From assembly GCA_045536565.1 (NCBI GenBank), contig JAZSNU010000008.1:1-22914 (forward strand): 22,914 bases of DNA. The letters are read 5' to 3'. Below, in pieces: positions 17,653-22,914 of this stretch. This DNA comes from Clostridia bacterium (lineage in GTDB: Bacteria > Bacillota > Clostridia > TANB77 > CAG-465). The position numbers and the translations under genes are program-made. Below the pieces are notes generated by a model, which had not been told where the DNA came from, did no database searches, and was given only the letters and a program-made list of their open reading frames with translations. The stretch's first letter is position 1. Each line of letters opens with the position of its first letter.

Positions 17653-19011
17653 TTATTTTTTATCTTCTTCCTCTGGAAAAATTGGATTTTCTTTAACTCT
17701 TCTTGGCTTTTCAATTTTTTCTTTTTTTACTTTTTCAGGTTTAATCCTTTTTCCAACAGTTATTTTATCAATATCTTCATGTTTTTTTAATCTTTCATAT
17801 AAATATACTATTTGAATAAACTCAATCCATACAAATATATATAGGAAAATAACTGTCATGTTTTCTTTTAATGTATTGTTATAGAAATCTTTAATACCAT
17901 CTACAAAAGATTTTTTATTATTTCTTGAAGAAGTATTTGAATACTGACCATATACATCCACTAATTTATTTTCTTCTTCCGAATATAGTTTATTAAATGA
18001 TACAACATAATCTTTTGTTACTTTACCATTTTCAGAAGTTACTCTTATAGTAACTTTTCCTTCTCCTATTTCTAGATTTTCATTTCCTATAATTTCTATT
18101 TTTGCGGTTTCACTATTTGTATATGCATAAATATTAAGTTTATCAGCCTTAACAGTTATATCACCTGCATTATACTCAGTTATATTAGGATCAAATGTTT
18201 GACCTAAATCAACATCTTCAATTATTAATGAAGATAATGTAGCATCTGATTTTTCAGGATTATCTGATTTTAAAACATTTATAGTATATGTTTTAACCGT
18301 TCCATCCTCTGCTGTTACTCTTACTTTAACTACATTTTCTCCCTCTTTTAAATTAGTATTCCCAGATACTGAATATACTGCTCTACTGTGCTCTACTGAT
18401 GCATTTATTTTTATTTCATTTACATTTTCGCCAACATTTAAAGAATATGCTGTTATATTTTTGCTAAATGCAGGTGTTAATCCTTCAACACTCACAATCA
18501 TATTTTTAAGATTAGCATTTGATGATTTTGCAGTTGCATTATTTGTATTAGTAGTTGGCTTATTTGTTGTGGTGTTATTGTTTGTTGTTTGATTATTATT
18601 TGTATTTGGTTGTGGCGTTGGTGTTACTGGTTGTGTTTGAGGTGGTGGCGCTGGTTGTTTTATTGATATTGATTTACTTGTTGCTGCCACTGTTATTTTG
18701 TTTCCAGCTAAATCTGTTGTTCCCTCAACAGGAGTTGCAGTTATAACTGTTGTTCCACTAGCACCTAATGTTACAGTTACAGATTGAGAATTATTTTCTA
18801 TCCACACTTTATTTGCACTAAGTGTTCCATTACTTGCTGTTAAATTAACTCTTCCTGTAAAATCTCCACCTACTGTAATAGTTACTGCTGTATTTGGATC
18901 TGAACTAGAACTACCAGATAATGTAACTGATGCTGCATATATTTTTGTAGCTAAAAAGCAGCACAAGCACAATGCTAATACACTAATAAACTTTAATTTC
19001 TTTGCTTTCAT
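17653..19011 (-). CDS. Membrane-anchored surface protein, paralog of 14007..15305 (anchor 1)
   Basis: Signal peptide, ~90-aa beta-rich N-domain, P/Q/T/N linker, two cadherin-like domains (GNTNLKEGEN...VTAEDG..KTY), TM WIEFIQIVYLYE, basic tail. Confidence 0.8.
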   Translation of the reverse strand: MKAKKLKFISVLALCLCCFLATKIYAASVTLSGSSSSDPNTAVTITVGGDFTGRVNLTASNGTLSANKVWIENNSQSVTVTLGASGTTVITATPVEGTTDLAGNKITVAATSKSISIKQPAPPPQTQPVTPTPQPNTNNNQTTNNNTTTNKPTTNTNNATAKSSNANLKNMIVSVEGLTPAFSKNITAYSLNVGENVNEIKINASVEHSRAVYSVSGNTNLKEGENVVKVRVTAEDGTVKTYTINVLKSDNPEKSDATLSSLIIEDVDLGQTFDPNITEYNAGDITVKADKLNIYAYTNSETAKIEIIGNENLEIGEGKVTIRVTSENGKVTKDYVVSFNKLYSEEENKLVDVYGQYSNTSSRNNKKSFVDGIKDFYNNTLKENMTVIFLYIFVWIEFIQIVYLYERLKKHEDIDKITVGKRIKPEKVKKEKIEKPRRVKENPIFPEEEDKK

Positions 19012-19027
19012 TTATATCTTCCTTTCA

Positions 19028-21247
19028 TTATTGAGTAATAACATCTTGATTATCACTCATTATATGATTTTTAATTCTTTGATAATCTACTGCAAATATA
19101 TTATCATCACGATCCACATCTGCTGCCATTTTACTAGCACCATCTAATGTTCCTTCATCACTCATTATATGATTTTTTATTTTTTGATAATCTACTGCAT
19201 AAATATATCCATCTCCATCAACATCGCCATATATTACTACGGTATATGATGATATTACTTTTTGATTTGAATCTTTAATGTTAATAGTAGTACCAGTTCC
19301 AACTAAATCATTTTCATTTAATTCTTTACCAGATATATTTTTTAACTCTATATCATATGTAGTTGATATTTTTCCTAACAAGTCTTTTACCTTAGTTTCT
19401 GGATTTATTTTTGTGATTATATCTTCATTAACATTTAGACTTTCATCTATAACTATATCCCCATCTTTAAGTTCTATAACTTTAATAGTTGCTTCCGTTT
19501 TTATATTTGTTCCTTTTAATGTAACAATAAGTTTTGTTTCACCAACTGATACACCAACTATTTTTCCTTCTTCTATCTTAGCAACATTTTCATTTAAAGT
19601 TGCCACTTCATATTCAGTTATATCTGTATCTGTAATAGTCAAATTAAACGAAACTCTTTTATCTTTAATTACACTATATTCTTGTTTATCTAATGTAATG
19701 CTTGGTTCTTTGTTTGTAACTGTAACAACACATTCTGCTGCTTTTGCTTGATCCTTAGTTTTTACAGTTACTATGGCTGATCCTGCTCCTACTCCCCTAA
19801 TATTTCCGTTTCCATCTACTGTAACTATATTGCTATTTGATGTACTCCATGTTACATCTTTAAATCTAGCATCTGTTGGATTTATATTTGCAACAAGTGA
19901 ATATGTGTCTCCAACTTTTACTGTTTTAGTAGTATTATTTAAACTTACTCCTGCCACTTTATTATATGAATATTCATATACATAAGCATTCCATACATAG
20001 CCTTCTATTATCTTTCCATCTTTTTCAAATTGAACATAATCCCAACCTGTATCTATACCTTTTTTAAGTCTTAGCATTACAGTCTTTTTATTTACATCAC
20101 TTGGTTCATTTAATATACATAGCACATTACTTTCATTAGATGAATCTGCCGATGAACGAACTTTAATTCTATCAGATAAATTATCACTAGGATCATCTAA
20201 ATATACCATTGTACTATCATTTTCATAATATCCAATTGTTGGTACAGGTGCTGCCATAGCCGGCATATTATCATAAACTGGTATATAGAAAGTATATACA
20301 TTATCTAGTGTACCTGCTCTTGATATTCCAGTATATGCATGCTTTGCTTCTCCCATTGGTGCAGATATATTAGTCATATATTGCCAAGAAAGCATCATAG
20401 TTGCATTACCATATGGATTTGCAACATCAAACTTTTGGAAATATACTGTATTTTGACCATATTTAACATATTTACTATTTAACCAATCCATACCACCTGC
20501 TATTGCAAGTTTAGGTGTATTCCATCCCATCGAATATGCTAAGTTTATACCTGCTTGTACAGCACCATTTCCATCTACCGCACCTATATTAAAGAAGTTG
20601 TAATAACCCGGGTATTTTGAATTTTTACCATTTATTGACCCATTGTTTATAATATCACAAGAAGTTTCTTGCCTTGTTCTAGATATTATAAAAGTAGGGG
20701 CTATCTTCTTTTCTGTTCCAACATTTTTTATTATACTAGCATATGTCTCATTTTCAAAACTAGCATTATACATAGGTGTATTATATGCTACCTCATTTAC
20801 AGCCGCTTCTGTATCTGATTCTATATTCATATCAATTACTCTAAATTGGAATATACCTTGGTCATTTAAGAAGTTTCTTGGATCCAGTACATATGCAACT
20901 GCTGCTCTTGATGCAAGAACAAAACCTGCTGCATCATATGAGCTACTTCCCGCTTCTTCTAATCTTTTCCAAGCATCTCCATAAGCAGAATTTTGAACTC
21001 TTGAATATGTTCCAGAAGCCTCTGAATTTAAAACTGTATTCCAATCTAAATGTGTATGAAATGCTTTAAGCACCCAGTTTGGATGTTCTTTTTTTATTTT
21101 ATCTATATAACTTTGATAACTTGCTGGAAATGTATCGTTAATTGTTGATGTAGCAAAACCATAACAACAATTTTTTCCAAACACAAGCATCATAACAAAC
21201 AAAAATAGTAAATATATATATTTCTTCTTTAAAACCCTTTTTAACAT
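19028..21247 (-). CDS. Secreted GH73-like glucosaminidase with SH3-like, Ig-like domains, X-like module and dockerin (hydrolase 1)
   Basis: FPASYQ.Y...HPNW, LDPRNFL, QET, YNFFNIGA, GW.TP..AI.GG, GQNT.YFQKF, QYMTN; duplicated DVDGDGYIYAVD/DVDRDDNIFAVD; colinear with hydrolase 2. Confidence 0.82.
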   Translation of the reverse strand: MLKRVLKKKYIYLLFLFVMMLVFGKNCCYGFATSTINDTFPASYQSYIDKIKKEHPNWVLKAFHTHLDWNTVLNSEASGTYSRVQNSAYGDAWKRLEEAGSSSYDAAGFVLASRAAVAYVLDPRNFLNDQGIFQFRVIDMNIESDTEAAVNEVAYNTPMYNASFENETYASIIKNVGTEKKIAPTFIISRTRQETSCDIINNGSINGKNSKYPGYYNFFNIGAVDGNGAVQAGINLAYSMGWNTPKLAIAGGMDWLNSKYVKYGQNTVYFQKFDVANPYGNATMMLSWQYMTNISAPMGEAKHAYTGISRAGTLDNVYTFYIPVYDNMPAMAAPVPTIGYYENDSTMVYLDDPSDNLSDRIKVRSSADSSNESNVLCILNEPSDVNKKTVMLRLKKGIDTGWDYVQFEKDGKIIEGYVWNAYVYEYSYNKVAGVSLNNTTKTVKVGDTYSLVANINPTDARFKDVTWSTSNSNIVTVDGNGNIRGVGAGSAIVTVKTKDQAKAAECVVTVTNKEPSITLDKQEYSVIKDKRVSFNLTITDTDITEYEVATLNENVAKIEEGKIVGVSVGETKLIVTLKGTNIKTEATIKVIELKDGDIVIDESLNVNEDIITKINPETKVKDLLGKISTTYDIELKNISGKELNENDLVGTGTTINIKDSNQKVISSYTVVIYGDVDGDGYIYAVDYQKIKNHIMSDEGTLDGASKMAADVDRDDNIFAVDYQRIKNHIMSDNQDVITQ

Positions 21248-21363
21248 CGATACAACACTCCATTATATATTCTCATGTAATTATATCAGAAAAAGAAAAT
21301 AATGTATACTTTTTTGTAAAATAATCACAAAAAATATACATTATTGTTATATTTCATACATAC

Positions 21364-21389
21364 AAAAAGTGATGCCTAAACATCACTTT
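21364..21389 (-). terminator. Intrinsic terminator after the pilin-LRR gene
   Basis: aaagtgatg-cctaaa-catcacttt hairpin with A-tract. Confidence 0.75.
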
Positions 21390-21449
21390 ATAAAATATGT
21401 TATTTTGCTATAAGAGTCCATTTACCCGCTGAATTTTTAACTTTTATTA

Positions 21450-22811
21450 TTATGAATTACAATGGATTGTTGCTGTTGAAAAACACGCATTACCCTCATC
21501 AGTATTATCAATTGTTATTTCTTCCCATTGTGCTTGTGTACCTTTATAATATACATCTGTTATAGGAGTACCACCAAACGCTGCATATTTAATATTAGTT
21601 ACACTACTTGGAATTGTTATACTTGTTAGATTCATACATCCTATAAACGCACCACTATCTATGCTAGTTACACCGTCCGGAATAGTTACACTTGTTAAAC
21701 TACTACACATTTCAAATGTTCCCTCGCCGATGCTTGTTGTTCCTTCTTCAATCGTTACAGTTGTTAAATTTTGACAATCACTAAATACACTACGACCAAT
21801 ACTTGTTATACTATTTGGTATTGTTATGTCTATTAGTCCAGTACTTGAAAATGCATAATCACCTATACTTGTTACACTATCTGGGATTGTTATGCTTGTT
21901 AAATTATAGCAACCAGAAAACATATTATCAGATATTCTTGTTGTACCTTCTTCGAATGTTACATTTGTTAGATGAGATCCTTTAAACACATATCCACCCA
22001 TATTTTCTATGGTATTTGGAATTGTTATGCTTGTTAGACCAGAATCAACAAACGCATTACTACCTATACTAGTTACACTGTCCGGGATTGTTATAGTTCC
22101 TAGGTTAGAGCAACACCCAAACGCACCCTCACCTATACTTGTTACACTATTTGGGATTGTTATAGTTTCTAGTGCATGGCAAATATAAAATGCATATCCA
22201 CCTATACTTGTTACGCTACTTGGGATTGTTATACTTGTTAAATTTCTATAATCCTGAAACGCATTATCAGCTATCTTTGTTACGCCTTTTGGTATAACAA
22301 TTTCTGTAATTTCTTGTGTGTGTTCTTCATCCGCATATACATGAAAACCTGTATAGTATTCCACATCATATCCCTTGTATTGCTCTTTTATACCCTTAAA
22401 CTCGCCATTTTCTACTACACATAAGTACGCATAACTATTATCCCAAAGCTCTTCTATACCTATTTCGTCAAGATATGCTCTTTCATCAGCAGTTACTTTT
22501 TCTCCAATATACATTAGTTTTTGATTTGATATTACAAATTTTTCAGGATATTTTTGTGCACTATCTAATACTGTTTCTGCTGCTACCCCTTCTAATGTAT
22601 GTGCCTCATTTTTTAGTATTGCATCTGCTAGTTTAATAGATAATTCTTCTTGTATTGATTTTACATCTGTCTTAAATGCTGCTTCACTTGCCTTACCGAT
22701 TATTCCACTATTTGATAATGATAGAATAATTGCTGCTGCTAGGATTATCATTACTATTATTGTTATTACTAACACAATCAATGATATTCCTCTTTTGTTT
22801 GTTTTTTTCAT
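21450..22811 (-). CDS. Type IV pilin-like N-terminus fused to BspA/TpLRR (LRR_5) repeats
   Basis: Class III signal MKKTNKRG|ISLIVLVITIIVMIILA; about 10 repeats of LTSITIPxSVTSIGxxAFxxC; C-terminal cap VYYKGT..QW..I....GN....ATIH. Confidence 0.88.
   Translation of the reverse strand: MKKTNKRGISLIVLVITIIVMIILAAAIILSLSNSGIIGKASEAAFKTDVKSIQEELSIKLADAILKNEAHTLEGVAAETVLDSAQKYPEKFVISNQKLMYIGEKVTADERAYLDEIGIEELWDNSYAYLCVVENGEFKGIKEQYKGYDVEYYTGFHVYADEEHTQEITEIVIPKGVTKIADNAFQDYRNLTSITIPSSVTSIGGYAFYICHALETITIPNSVTSIGEGAFGCCSNLGTITIPDSVTSIGSNAFVDSGLTSITIPNTIENMGGYVFKGSHLTNVTFEEGTTRISDNMFSGCYNLTSITIPDSVTSIGDYAFSSTGLIDITIPNSITSIGRSVFSDCQNLTTVTIEEGTTSIGEGTFEMCSSLTSVTIPDGVTSIDSGAFIGCMNLTSITIPSSVTNIKYAAFGGTPITDVYYKGTQAQWEEITIDNTDEGNACFSTATIHCNS
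21570..22290 (-). repeat. Coding tandem repeats (66-69 bp LRR units)
   Basis: Recurrent cctatacttgttacact..tgggattgttat units. Confidence 0.8.
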
Positions 22812-22914
22812 AATCTTTCCTCTCCTTCTTCTATGAATTTAATACAAATATATTATTTCATATAATATAACTTTTTGCAACTGTTTTTAGGCGAATTTTG
22901 TATTTTTATTTTTC

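Noticed and set aside
14007-21247. Cellulosome or prophage lysis module interpretation
   Set aside because: No plant-polysaccharide enzymes, multi-cohesin scaffoldin, holin or phage genes; the hydrolases have Sec-type signal peptides
704-21985. Other short antisense ORFs in the track (e.g. 704-928, 2560-3175, 7024-7287, 8048-8533, 9457-9735, 13282-13512, 14866-15072, 15764-16630, 18555-18746, 19278-21069, 21803-21985)
   Set aside because: All overlap motif-supported genes on the opposite strand and show no recognisable motifs
21570-22290. Regularly spaced DNA repeats considered as a CRISPR array or DGR template/variable repeats
   Set aside because: They are in-frame LRR coding units; no unique spacers, cas genes or reverse transcriptase in the window

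Overview
Very AT-rich chromosomal window from a Firmicutes/Clostridia-type bacterium (lineage inferred from composition, RBS style and gene content; the E5-less pilin N-terminus resembles uncultured gut clostridial clades). Left half: D-2-hydroxyacid dehydrogenase, a small internally duplicated protein, a pnuC-like/corA/radA operon, and an HD-family phosphohydrolase plus Zn-deaminase just downstream of tmRNA (ssrA, tag ADNNSYAMAA), separated by structured, repeat-containing intergenic DNA. Middle: ymfI-like SDR, ProX-like editing protein and pyrH upstream of ssrA, a receiver-domain protein fused to a degenerate kinase, PMM/PGM, tRNA-Glu(CTC) and an MtaD-like amidohydrolase. Right: the most interesting locus, two tandem paralogous gene pairs, each a secreted GH73-like cell-wall hydrolase (SH3, Ig-like domains, X-like module, C-terminal dockerin) followed by a membrane-anchored protein (short cohesin-like N-domain, P/T/N linker, two cadherin-like domains, conserved TM). 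The two dockerins have different recognition residues, suggesting orthogonal dockerin-anchor pairs that tether autolysins. The window ends with a type IV pilin-like/BspA-LRR fusion. All calls come from motif reading only; no searches were run.
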